A DNA stretch of 64,000 bases from the NCBI GenBank assembly GCA_000165425.1, contig CT868010.1:124001-188000 (forward strand), written 5' to 3'. A model generated the notes under the pieces. The model saw nothing but the letters and a program-made list of their open reading frames with translations. It was not told the DNA's origin and did not search any database. Each line of letters starts with the position of its first letter. The stretch's first letter is position 1. Of the stretch, positions 14,284 to 27,642 are shown piece by piece. A program made the position numbers and the translations under genes. The stretch comes from Paramecium tetraurelia (lineage: Eukaryota).

Positions 14284-15711
14284 ATGAGTTAGACAGAACA
14301 ACAGGAGAATAATTATGATGCATAATACTTGGAGATATTTGGTTGCAATCATTCTACAAGATAGATGCATTCTGAAAAATTGATTTGTCAATAATGCGGC
14401 ATATTTATCAACAGTGTAATAGAGTTGTTTTAAATTAAAGTCGACCACAAGAGTCTTCAAAACAATCAAGATGAAGTACAACACCTTTTCTCAATCCCTT
14501 AAATTAATATTGGGCAATATCTTGGCTCCTTTTGACAATAGCTTAACATTAAATTGCCAGATTGCCAATAATAGATTTTATGGAATAAGCATCTGAAAGG
14601 CTAAATTTGAGTACAAACACTGCCTTTTTAGCAATCACATACATTGATCACTTTTTCAATAAAGTCAATGTGAATGAAAAATAGGTTTTCTTATATGCTG
14701 CAGCTGCTCTAATGTTGGCAGCAAAGGCATAGGAACTTGATGAGAGGATACCTTTCATTAGCAAACTTAAACGCTACACTTCAATGACATCTCATCCTGA
14801 ACTGAATACCTTCACCACCTAGGAATTTTGTAATGCTGAAAAAGCATTAATCGAATCTTTAAACTGGAAATTATAGAGGATCACTCTTCTTGATAGAATA
14901 GAGTCTCTACTTTCCTTTGGAGTCATTGATGAGGATGACAGTCTCTCACAGCCACCATAATAGAAGGAAAACAAAGAGCAATAATTAAATCATATTAAAT
15001 TGAGAGATCTAAGTGAACAATAAATCAATAACTATGTAAATGAGGTTGAGAACAAATATATAGAAACTGCTTATTCTGTGATTAGAGGTAAAATCAGTTA
15101 AATAAGTAGATGATCAAATTTATTTCTCAAACGATCAAACTATATTAGCCTTGTCTTGTGTAGCTTTTCTAAGAAAAAAGGCTGGATTGCTAAATATCTG
15201 GTCTTAACAACTCTAAGCTTTGACTGGAGAATCAGCTTAGAAAATCTCAGCCACTGTATCTTAGATTATGACACTTACTCCTAAGAGTGTAAGCAAGCCG
15301 CAAATTAATACTTCCTCTAGTTCATATTTGAGTAGTTATTAGAATTCTGCATCTTAAAACAAAAATTCTTATATGAAAAACAGACAATACTTATTTGAAT
15401 CAAATAAATCATCAGCAGGAGATATCTTATTACAATATAATACAACAGCCAAAGCTCATCTAAGAGTTCCCTTATTTCAATCTTAATCAACGATGCAATT
15501 ATCATCAAAAGGGGATATCATGAAACCTCATCATTCCAATTAAACCAAATATTCTAGTCGAAATAGTAATTTTCATAGTACAAACAATTATTCCTATTTA
15601 TCTGATAATATAGTTCATCCAAATTCATATATAAAAAATACTGAATTGGATAAAAAATATGAGCAAATTCATAAAGTAGAGAGTAAATTTAGAACTAAAA
15701 TATTCAGTTGA
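14284..15711 (+). CDS. Cyclin-box protein
   Basis: RLPIIDFM...TAFLAITYIDHF...AALMLAAKAQELDERIP...AEKALIESLNWKL matches the cyclin N-terminal domain. Confidence 0.85.
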
Positions 15712-15771
15712 TGAATATTTGTCAAACACAATATTTATAATGTTATAATACTATTTTATTAATGATCATAA

Positions 15772-16926
15772 TCAATTGTTAAACAAATATCTTATAGCTT
15801 CATCAATAAATTTATATATATATGAATATTATTCTGAAGTATGAACCATTCCCCATCTTTGTTCTCTCAATCTACGAACCATTCCGAAAATGGAAATTCT
15901 ATAAAGTTCTGGATTTTCTTCCAATTCTTAGAATAAAGGTGATTAATTACTCGAATGATCATCGCCAATGTGTTGTTTGTATGCTCTAAGTAGGATCATT
16001 AAGTTCGATAATGCAATCAAGGTACCAGTTCTTCCAACTCCAGCACTACATTTATATAAACCTACTACCTGCAATGAAAAACTACTTTTTGATCTGCCAA
16101 CAATTTTTCATTAATGATATTTAATAACTCCTTCATCACATCAAAATCACTTGGAGAAGGAACTCCTTAGTCAGGCCATCCACACCATTGGATTTGAATG
16201 ACATTCCTCTCCTCCCCTTCCTGATTAATTTTCAGTATTCGTTTAGTTATATTATTGCCAAGATCATCTTGACTTTGTAAGTTCACTTGAATATTTCCAC
16301 AAATCAGTGTTTCACCAACATTTTTTGGCCAATATTATTCACATTATGCCTAAATACCCTAAATTTACTAACTCTTTGGTTCTCTTTTAAATTGCACAAC
16401 ATGACTATCATACTCATATTTTCCTAGACTATCATCTTCCAAAAGTGACCAAATGTTGAGAGCAAAGGACCCTAAGTTGCCACTATCATTCTCTCCTTTC
16501 CATTTATCAACTATGTTACTTAAACTATTCAATTACATTGATAAAATTTGCATTAATATAGGATTCCTTTAAATTTTCTTCTTCATCTCCCTCACTCTTT
16601 AATTTGACAATTGAATGCTTGACTAATTTAGTACTAATTTAATATACATGGGATGATGTTATTATATCGATTTAGTCTCTGTACATCAGGATGAAAGTCA
16701 AATAAATTATCATTATGATATTAAGTTTCTGTTAATCTACGTAATAACTAAATAGAAACTAAACAATTACTCTGAATTCCATTTCTAAATCTCTTTTTAA
16801 TAATTCTTAACTGAAGTGTAAAACAGAAATTCCTTTTTCAATAGCTACCAATTCAGCTTTGCCTTAAACCCAATCATAAGAATAATCTTTACTGATTTCC
16901 TTACCTTCTACTAAGAACCCTTACAT
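15772..16926 (-). CDS. Classical-type protein tyrosine phosphatase
   Basis: LNRYNNIIP, YINANFI, GWPDQGVP (WPD loop), FHCSAGVGRTGT (split by an intron), LREQRWGMVHTSEQY. Confidence 0.92.
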
Positions 16927-17249
16927 TTATTTTATTTTAATAAATTGGATTAAATTATTCTAGACAAGATTTTAATCATGGCAATATCACATCAAATCTC
17001 TTGTTTTCAATTGCACTCAAACACTGAATCAGAATTAAATGACACTGACTTTCCTTACTCATAATATTCTATGTAAATTCTTTAAACAACATTTTATAGG
17101 ATTATAATAATATAATTTTGAGAAGATATACAAATCTTTTATTTTAGTTAAATTAATATCTGATTAAAATTGATACACTTTAACTAATGAATACTATTTT
17201 AGAACCATCTCTTGAGTGAATTATAAATACAAAATTAATAAAGTTGACA

Positions 17250-18774
17250 TCAGTTTTTTAGTGGATTAAGTGATTTCGATTACTACTGTTGAATTGCATC
17301 ATTTAGAACCTAATTTAATGCATCATTTAGCGAACACTGACGATTCATGATTAGTTTTTTGCCTTTTTAACAAGTTTAATTAGAATCGAATTATTATATG
17401 TCTATTCTATCATCAAAATTCTATTCAATTATTACTTTGTAACCCTCTTAGTCAGGCTCTGATTGTAGATTATTGTTGTTAGTTATTTTAATAATATTGG
17501 TGATGGGTTGTTCTCTTTATGAGCCTTAGCCTTACTGTTCTTAATATTGAGGAATCTCTTGTTCTTCATTTTGATTGTTATTCTGCATTTGTGAATCCTC
17601 ATCCAATTGAAATGAAAACTATAACTTTTAATTCTATTTTGGTATTAGTTCTGAATGTAATTGAAATAGTTGATCGTCAGTGATAAAAGTGTTCTTTTTT
17701 TCTTGGGCAGAATTAATGCCACTATATCTTTGTTCTTTGGAAACCAAAAAGGGATGTTGAAGCAGATCTTCAGCTTCCCATCGATCTTCTGGGTTCAATT
17801 AGAGACATTTCTTCAAGAAGTCCCTGGCTTGTTCAGACTTCAATTCTTCTGGAATGGGAATCATATCTGTTAACTTGCTTATTTTAACCATGATAGTATA
17901 GATGTTCTTAACTTCAGAGAATGGAGGGTGTCCAGTAGCCATTTCAATCATGGTGCAGCCAAGACTCCAAATGTCAGCCTTCCTATTGATATATAATAAT
18001 TTGATCTACTTTCCATATTGTTGTTAATTGATAACTTCTGGAGCCATAAAATTTGGAGTGCCGCACAGAGAACCGACAACATCTTATTGAATTTCAGATA
18101 ATTGTTTGCCACTCCCAAAATCTAGAGGAATATAATTTTTCAATTAATACCTGCTAATTTCACTTATCCATTCTAATTAATTAAGATGTTTGCTCCTTTG
18201 ATGTCTCTGTGAATGACACCTTAGGAGTGTAGATACTGTAATCCCAATAGAATCTGCTTCAAATAAACTTTAATCAAGGACTCTTTAAACTTCCCAAATC
18301 TTTTGATCATCATGAGAACAGAGCCACCACTTACATACTCTAAGAAAATATTTAATTAATCTTTTTTTCTCTCTGAACCATAATAACGCACAATGTGAAG
18401 ATGTTGCAACTTGCTCAAAATTTCAATTTCTCTTTGGATTGATTATACTTTCTAAAAAGATAATACTTAGAATTTACATTCTCATCTCCACTCTTTATAA
18501 ACACTTACTTCACAGCCATTATCTATCCGCTAACTCTGTTCATTCCTAAAATAACCCTACCAAATGCTCCTTGTCCAATCATCTCGCCCTCAGTCCAAGT
18601 AATCTGTTTTTCTTATTCTTATTTTTCTGTTTTCTACTCTTTCGGAGGAATGGCATCAGCACAGACCTCTTGATAATGTGATTCTTCAGCCTATTGAATG
18701 GGAACAGGGTGCTCATCGCAACCTGCATTCGCATACTTTGTATGTTTAGTCTCTTTGGTCAGACAACAGCCCAT
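17250..18774 (-). CDS. STE11/MAP3K-like Ser/Thr kinase with an N-terminal MGCC lipidation motif
   Basis: WTEGEMIGQGAFGRV, MAVKQV, IHRDIKGANIL, LADFG, GTPNFMAPEV, DIWSLGCTMIEMATGHPPF. Confidence 0.92.
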
Positions 18775-18794
18775 ATATTATTTATAAATTAGAA

Positions 18795-20237
18795 ATGCAA
18801 TAAAAGCAAAATTAAGCCAAAATAAGGAATGCCTTGCAATAACAACTATTCCCTAAGATGCAAAAGAAAATCGAGTAGCCCAAGGCATAACCGAAAAGGT
18901 ATAATAGATAATTATCAATCGCAGAGCCATAAGGATAGAAGATGAGAATAAACTATCAATCACATCAATAACATTGCCGCATATTGAGACTATTGCTATT
19001 AATTTTAATTCCAAGTATCAACTGGGCAACATGATCGGAGAAGGCGCTCATGGATTAGTGAAGAAAGCCATCAAAGTGGAAACTGGCGAATAAGTAGCAG
19101 TCAAAATTTCAAGAAGTGGAGACCCTGAGCTAGTCAAAACATTTACTGAAGCATATAAAAATACGAGAATACTAGATCATTAATACATAATAAAAGTTTA
19201 TGAATGCTACATAGATGAACAATCGGAAACTTTATATTTGGTAATGGAATACTCAAATCTTCGCAGCTTGGAAGATGTAATTAAAAAACACAAGAAATTA
19301 ACGTAAGTCTATCTCCTTATATTAGGGAAGAATAAGCCAAGCTCTTAATCAGACACATCCTATTGGCTCTCCAACATATTCATGAAAGAGGAGTAGCCCA
19401 TAGAGACTTGAAGCCAGATAATGTATTGATCAACAAAAAGTCTCTCGATATCAAAATCATAGACTTTGGAGTCAGTCGGAGATTCAAAAAGTACAATGGC
19501 AGAGAATTCGTGGATGTAAACATGTGGACTAGAACTGGAAATGTTTATTATGCTGCCCCAGAGATCTTGACCGGAGGAGGCTATGACGAAAGAGTAGACC
19601 TCTGGTCCCTGGGGGTCTGCTTGTTTCGTGTCTTGAGTGGCCAGTTCCCCTTCTTTGAAGACAGTGTCTTAGGAACCATTGAGAAAATATTAAAAGGCAC
19701 TTTCGAACTCAACGAAAACATTTCCTTGCTCGCCAGAGATTTGATCAGAAGACTTCTGGATCCTAATCCAGCCCAAAGATTATCTGCGTAATGTATATTA
19801 TCGAGATTCACATTATAGTGGCTCTGCAGCATCCTTGGCTCTATCATTCTGAGATCGATCCCATCTCACCCAATAGCACTGAACTTGTCAACAAAGTCCC
19901 TTACAGAGCTAGTGACGATATTTGTGATATCTCATAAAGTGGAGACAAGAATACCTATTACAGCAGGAACCTTCATATGAGAAGCAACACGATGACCAAG
20001 AGTCCAGTCATGCAATCAGAAACCAACACCAATTCCAAATCTCCTCTTAATTTATTAAAACAAGATCTCGATGAAGAAATTCAATAGTCTCCCCTTATCA
20101 AATTGAAAAAAATTCAAAATCAAATGAACAAAGAAATCAACATCATAAAGAAGAATGAATCTAGTGGCTAAGGATTACTGAGAATTAGATAAAGACTGCA
20201 AATGGAAAAATTAGACATCATACATGAAATTTAATGA
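18795..20237 (+). CDS. CAMK-group Ser/Thr protein kinase
   Basis: IGEGAHGLV, VAVK, AHRDLKPDN, IIDFG, YAAPE, DLWSLG, ALQHPW; two introns. Confidence 0.92.
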
Positions 20238-20291
20238 CTATTAATAATAACTCTTAATATCAATCTTCAGTTTGTTTATATATAAATCATA

Positions 20292-22059
20292 TCAAAGCAG
20301 ATCTGTATATGTTGGTGTTTTTGCTTAGTATGTTTGATAGGGCATAGTGCCCATCTGCTAAAATGGACTCACTTGATTATTGTATTGAGGTATCTAATAG
20401 CCACTGCTAAAAAATTTGCTCTCTTGTTTTTGGCTCTTCTCCTGATATAAGTTCAAAATTTGTCTGAATTCTATAAACGAGATGAAATTATCATCATTCA
20501 AATCAAATATCCTAAAAACGGCTTGCAACTCTTAAGGTTATACATTTCTTTGGATTTTTCTAAAATTATCGTTTATTTACTTACATCAGCACTTATGCAA
20601 ACTCCTAAAAACTGAGAAGACCATCAAAGTCACAATCAAATTTTTAGAATAAATCATGAACATTTATATTGTATCTTTGAATTGTCAATTGTAATTTTTC
20701 AATTAACCTCTCAGGATCAAATACTTATGTTTGAATTGGCATTTAATTTATGAAGGGTGTTGATTGAGATTAACCCAACGTAGGTTAATATGGAGCTTAA
20801 ATGCCTCTAAAATCCATATCTTTCTGTTTTCCAGGGTTATTCTGAATGTTTGTTAATGATGGCATCTTTTTGGAAACTGAATTTCGCTGATTCTGACGAC
20901 CTTTAACTTTTGAAACTACTGCCATCTTTGTATTATTATCTGTTATCCATTTTTCAAATTCCTCCAAGGATACAGATTGATCTCCATCCAAATCCAATTT
21001 CTTAAATATCACTTGACAATCTTAACGACTTAGAGTTTTATCAATGGTATGCAACAATTGCACCAATTCAGAAAACTATAATGTTTTATCTCCATTTTCA
21101 TCGAATTCTTAGAATAAAGAACTAATATTCAAATTTTGTTTTATAATTTTCTATCTTAATTCATTCATCAAAAATTTAATTTATTCTTCCTTTATATGGG
21201 CTTTATAATTCTTAAAATAATCTTTCACCAATCTATGTTTGAATACTTCATCCCAATTCATTCTTTCTGCTTCCTCCATTGTAAGACAACCCTCTATAAA
21301 CTATTTCATATCGTCACTAACTGATGTTTAATCATCAGGAAAATCTAACAATTTATGCTCAATATTATGCAACAATTGTTCTATCCTTGAACCGCTCCAT
21401 GCAGTATAACCATATAGAGCATTGTATAAGATCATTCCAATAGACCATATATCACATTTATTTGTGTATTTACTGTTTAACAACACTTAAGGAGAATGGA
21501 ACTTAAAATCTTCATCCTTATGTGATTATTCCTTTTTGAAATTCTCCAAACACTTTGTTAACCCACAATCTAATTATACTCATAATTTATACCAGCTAAT
21601 TTATAACCTTTATCTGTTAACATAATATTTGTCAACTTTAATCCTCTATGAACTATTCCATGGTTTATTAATTCAGTGAACCCTTCCAGTAGATCTATCA
21701 ATAACTTAATGCATTCAGATTCAGGCATTTTATGAACTTATTACAAATGGGACTATAAATCTTATTTACAAAGTTCCATGACAACATAATAATTATTGTC
21801 AGTTTATATTACTTCTACTAGTTAAACTATTTTTGGGTGTTTTAATTATTGCATTAATCTGATTTCATCTAACAATGCACACAAGAGGCCTTCATCGTCT
21901 GTTATACTATTTTTTTTAATTATCCTTAAGGCATATTGGTTCTTTTTATTATCAATCGCCTTTACAACCTATGATTTCAATAAATATCATTACTGTTCCT
22001 GTAGAACCCATCCCAAGCAAGTCTTTTGGATTATATTGGTATTTGTCAATTTATTTCAT
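20292..22059 (-). CDS. Kinase-like domain (degenerate catalytic motifs) plus four EF-hands
   Basis: LGMGSTGTV, YALRII, HRGLKLTN, LADCG, HSPQ, CDIWSIG. EF loops DENGDKTLQFSE, DLDGDQSVSLEE, DCDFDGLLSFQE, DLNDDNFISFIE. Confidence 0.85.
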
Positions 22060-22575
22060 TAAGAAAATTATAATTTCAGCATTTCTATATAAGAACTTAA
22101 TAATAATGGTTTGAAGTAATAAGTATTTCTATAATTTTTAATAATGGAATATACTATTATAAGATATTTCTGCATTCTACTCTCTATGAATTTTAATTCA
22201 ACATTTTTCTTTAAACATTACGTCTTAATAGTAATTTTCCGAATTCAATTGAAACTAAAACAAACACATATACAAAGTTTAAAATTCGATGAAAAATATA
22301 AAATTTGTTGTGGAATTATAATTAAAAAGTTAAAAATTATTTTGTAATTAAATTCTTTTATATTTTTATAATAATCTAATTAAAGAATTTGCTAAGATTC
22401 GATTTTGTATTGATTATGGCTTGAAATGTGTTTAGGTTGAAATTATAAGACCTCTGGAAGATGATTAAGGAGATACATCATAAAGAAGGGGGTGAATGAG
22501 AATGAAATCTAAAACAAGCTAAAATGTAAAATGAATTTTATGAAGATTTGGATATTGATATATTGAACTTCATTA

Positions 22576-23744
22576 TCAAAAGACCTCTTCTCTAACTTGG
22601 AGGAATTCTGATGCAGCGCTCAATTTTTAGGTGAGAACCTCTTATAATCTCTCAACAACTTCCAATTGTTATTCTCTTTCAAAGGTTTGAGCTTCATATT
22701 GGGATTCTTATTCAGCAGCCCATCTTTCTTAAATGGCCAATGAATCTTCAGCATCTTCAAGGAATAACTATTGAAATTAGGGATTGTATTAGTACAGTTT
22801 AATCTTCCAAGTCTTCAACAGCTTCTTGGATGGTGACTTTGAATTAGACAATTGAATTTTCTAAGAATGCCTTTCTTTCAACTAATCTCTTGTGTTCCTC
22901 TGTCAAATGACCACTTTATGACTGTCCCAGTTGGCAGCTTGTTTTTCTTCTGTAGCAAGGAGAGAGGCTCTGCTGGCAACTAATTATTGTCTGATTTGAG
23001 CTAAGAGTTCTAAGATCTTGATGATGCTCTTGTTATCAACCTTGGAGGCTAATTATGTCAAGGCATTGATGAGTGGCTATAACAGTAGAAATATTATTAA
23101 TACCTTGAAGAGAGCATGCTTGGATTCCATCAATTTAGCTTAGACTTTTTCAAATCTGCTTTTGAGTTGAGCAAAAGCGACACCAGCTTACAAGTGTTAA
23201 ACGATCTTTGAGGCTTCGTCAATGGCATCAATTTAATCAACATGTTCTGCATCCTTTCTAACCCATGTGTCATGTTATGATTGTCTTGTAGCAGATTCAT
23301 CAGCAAAGCTTTTTTCGTTATTGGCAATATCTGAGGTAACAACTCTGACTTCAACTTCAGCTTCACCCAATGCTTCGGTTGTGGAATCTCTCAAATTTGA
23401 AAGAGCAACAATTTGGGTTTAGTGATAAGCAATTTCTTGTTCTAAGTCAGCAATGATCTAAACTATATTATTATGCTTACCTTTTCGAAAGCAACTGTAT
23501 CACTCTCATGAACTTTGTCAGCTTTCTTTTAATCTCCGTTGAGTTGGGAAGCAATATTGTTTAAGAGAATTTGAATTTCACCAACAGGTCCTCCTGTGGC
23601 CAATTAGAGTTGAAGGACTGACAACACTGAATTTCCGAATGAATCTTTGTTAACTTAAGCCAAGATTTCCTTTGGACTTTCTGTCTTTGCTACTCTAGCA
23701 GTTGCAACTGCAAGGATAAGAGTCAATACAGGGACGATTCTCAT
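22576..23744 (-). CDS. T4: Trichocyst matrix protein T4 family precursor (apparent frameshift near 22920)
   Basis: Signal peptide, then ESPKEILAQVNKDSFG...LQLATGGPVGEIQILL...ASEFLQVREEVF*, which I recognise as Paramecium TMP T4. Three small introns. Confidence 0.9.
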
Positions 23745-25208
23745 GTTATTAATATTAATGAAATGAAATCACAATCACTCACCAAGACATTAAAAATTAC
23801 CCGTTTTTTAATTTATTATCCCACCTTCATTAATACGTTTTTGTTTAATTAAAAAGTCAATCATTTTATTATTCCTCGTATAATACTCTTCAACTATACC
23901 TTAATTTCAATCAAAAATTCAAAGTTTGTGAACATTTAAATAATAATTTTTATGACAATTCAAAACCTCTTAGCAAATGTATTTATTTTGGAATCAAACC
24001 TATGATTCACTACTTGTTTCAATTAATCATTTATCAAGATAAAATAGGAAGAAATAAATTAAAATTAAAATATAATCGAATGCATTAATGCAAATACTTG
24101 AATCATTCGATAAATTGTTAAAAGAATTGAATTGCATCTGTACCATATACGTTATAATAAATCATAAGATATGATAAGATATAAATTTAGGTTATTATTA
24201 ATTAATCTAATATTTAAATTTCATAAAAGAAAAGGCTATGGTTTAAATAGTTAATTGGTTTATTAGATAAATTTTATTTGATCTTTTGTTGCACTCTAAT
24301 TTTATGGTATAGATTTTTTATAAAATTAAAAAATTCAACCAATATATATATAACACTTAAGATAGACAAAACATGTGCAAAAACATTTCTAGGAAATGTA
24401 TAAATTTAATCAACTATCAAAATAATTAATTAGAATATTAAACAAAGATTAATAATATCATTTGCATATTATTTATTTAAAATTATACTTTTATGAATTT
24501 AATGGTAATATCAATTATTAAAGTATTGTAATAACTAAATAATCTTATCTCATCTAGCAATGATGAAACCAGAAACAATTGATTATTCATAGAATTGTAA
24601 TTTTTAATGTAATTCTAATATACATTAGATATTTTGATTTCTTAATTATTATAAACTTTACAAATAATAAGGTTTGATATATAGATAAGATTACTATTTA
24701 ATTACTTCTTAAATCAAATGCATATTGAAGAATAAAATCATTTTGACTCTTCAATTAAGCAATGTCAATCCTTAATAAATTATACAACAAGATTTTCTTA
24801 AATTATCATTTACTACAAAATTTCTTCCTCCTAAATCATAGTTTTAATGAGAGATTTTACATCCATCTTATATAGTTTCAAAATTTTCAGGTTTAATACA
24901 AGAATATTTAACTTAGAGATGTTAAAAAATCAAATTAGGCTATACTATCTTACTATCTTTGTTGTTATTATAAATTGGTGAAATTAATGGTTCATTAGTC
25001 ATTTTTCTATTCAACTTTGAGAAAATTATTGATTTAAGCTTAATGCTCGGGATAACAATTAATTTTATCATACATCCATAATTCATATCTAATGCTATTC
25101 AAATATGAGCTTATGAACTTGTAGAAAGTAGTTTTCTTCTCTAAAGGTCTTAAGAAGTCAGTGATCTTCTTGCTCATTGAATGGTTTAACAATAAAATTA
25201 ATAAAAAA

Positions 25209-25676
25209 ATGAAATCAAAATAACAATAGACTCCTAATACACATTCTGAGGTCTTTCAAGAATTACATAGGGAAGATGAATTCAGTGAGTCCATAGGCAA
25301 GATGCCAAAACTTGTGTTTAGACTGTGAAAAAGAAGGCAGCAAAATCTTATGTTTGTATAGTGAAATAGTAAAAATTTGAGAATATGGAGCATCAAACAC
25401 GTGGGAAGGAATCTGTGGAGGAGGAGATGGAGTTTTTGTCAAATTAAATTAAGAATATGCAAATAAAATAAGAATAATTGGAGAGTCAACATTATTAACT
25501 AAGTACAAATGTTAAGAAGATCAATCTCGAAAAGAAACATTAGGTGCAAGTAAGGAATAGGAATGTAATTAATTAAGGGAAGCAGTTAGATGATAAAAAA
25601 ATTGGATTACATAATTGATATCCAGAAAATGTAGGAAGATAATTTAAACTAGTTAAAGTATCTATTTGCCTCTTGA
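25209..25676 (+). pseudogene. Possible degraded gene or small hypothetical protein
   Basis: Coding-like composition (EEEMEFLSNQIKNMQ...), but the ATG frame and the long downstream frame cannot be joined by a convincing intron. Confidence 0.3.
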
Positions 25677-25861
25677 AAAATAATTTGACTTTCTTTTCTA
25701 AATTAAGCTAAATATGGAGGAATGGAATTTTAGTAATCAATATGATGATAGTCTATTGGTCTGCTAGCATAAAAATTGTTGTATATTTTTTTCAAAATTA
25801 TATATAAAAAGATGTACAAATTCGTATTTTATAAAAAATATTCTCAAAAAACTATAAAATA

Positions 25862-27534
25862 ATGAAAAAGTCAAATGAGAATGAAAGGATAGCTTAACAA
25901 ATATATGCCTCTTAGATGCAGAAATTGTAGGGCAAGATATTGGAGAAGAAACTCACTAAAGTATGTTCAAAATAGCAATTTGAGAGCCAATCATAAAATA
26001 TCTCGAATAACAACAGTCCGGTAATGGGTCGTTAAAAGTCGTATGAAAATTTATAGAAGGTGAATAGAACATTTATAAACCCAACTCTTCAGGTGTCTCA
26101 ACAAAAATTGAGCAGCATTTTAAATGTTATGGCAGGCTAACAGACGAAACCTAAAATTTAGAGTTCATTTAACAATGAATTAATGGATACGGTGAAGATT
26201 ACTCATAAATTGCGTAAGAATTAATCTATGATTCATATCGACCAATAATCACCATAATTAACCAAGAATTCTTCGTTTCATCGTCCTAACTCGAGTGTCA
26301 AAATAAAGAATAGCAATAGTATATCTTATGAGTAAACCCAATTTTAAAAGATAAAAGATAAAATAAAATAGCTCTTATAAGAGAGAGATAATAATTGGTA
26401 ATAAGATCAAAAGGAAATGGCTTTCATGATAAAACTAAATTAATCATTAAACCAATTACTTTCAATAGTTTTTTAAGAGTAACAAAATACTCAACCTACT
26501 TCTACTTAAGATACAAATTCTAGTCTTCAAATAGATAATTTTTTTAAGAGATAAATTATCATTCTATAATAATCTTACACTCAATAAATGGAAAAGAAAA
26601 AACTAGAAAATATTCTCACTTCCATCAAAAGAAAACATGAACATGTTCTCGTCGAATACAATCAGCTATTAGAGCAAAAAAGATCATAAGATGATTAAAT
26701 AAAGAATTTGGAATAGCAAATCTAAGGACTAAAGACTCAAATAAGTTCATCTTAGAAGGAAATAGAGAATGAGTAAGGTATATATGAAAGTATTACAGGT
26801 AGAATTTTTGGAATTGAAGTATCTTGTTTAAGGACAATTCGAGGCAATCTAAAAGTTATTACAAAGAGAACAGTTGACAAAAATATTCTTAAAGAGAGTT
26901 GGAGATAGTTCTATAATAGAGTATTAATAATGATATATATTTAAGCATGTTCGATTAATTTATATCAAATGCTGAACGGACAAATTTGGATGATACAGAG
27001 GGGAATCTAAATGTTGATGTTTTGCCTTCTAATAAGTTGATTTCTAAACAGAAGCTAGCAGTAACTTAGGATTAAATGAGTCTACCTGAGAAAATTCTAT
27101 CTTAATATGAAGAAAATTATAAGGAACAATTGAATTTATGCGACTCTTTGTTAGCAGATGATTCTAGTAATAATCGAATTCACATGTTTTTAGGAGTTAA
27201 TGATTCAGAGGAAAGCAGTTTTGGATATATGGGAAAGGAATAGGCGACTGAGATTAGTTGTTATTTTAATGATGCTGTATAATTTGCTTAGGGTACCATT
27301 AAGATTAAGAGAATACAGACTGTTTCAAAGGATAAGTTGAAGATCAATATGATGGATGTAAAATTGGCATAGGCTGCGTAAGATATATTTTAAATGTGTA
27401 GTTTGAAACGTCAAGAATTAGTTGAATAATAATAGCTACAATAATAGAAGATCCTTCCAGATTATCTGATTGATAATGAGAATGAAGAATCAGAGGTGAA
27501 TTTGTGCGATGATGATGATGAATAATAGTTTTGA
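25862..27534 (+). CDS. Hypothetical coiled-coil protein
   Basis: Long code-6 frame rich in Q/E/K, about 3 small introns, acidic C-terminus DDDDEQQF*. Confidence 0.7.
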
Positions 27535-27642
27535 TTTGAATCGTCATTTTGGCTCGTTCTTTATTATTTAATATAAATTCCAATTCTATCAATCAAAATA
27601 AAATATTAATAGAAGAGATTGAAAATCAAAATTTTTAGAAGT

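Noticed and set aside
16978..17219. Small plus-strand ORF (MAISHQ...) between the PTP and MAP3K genes
   Set aside because: It is short, and the candidate intron does not join it to the longer downstream frame.
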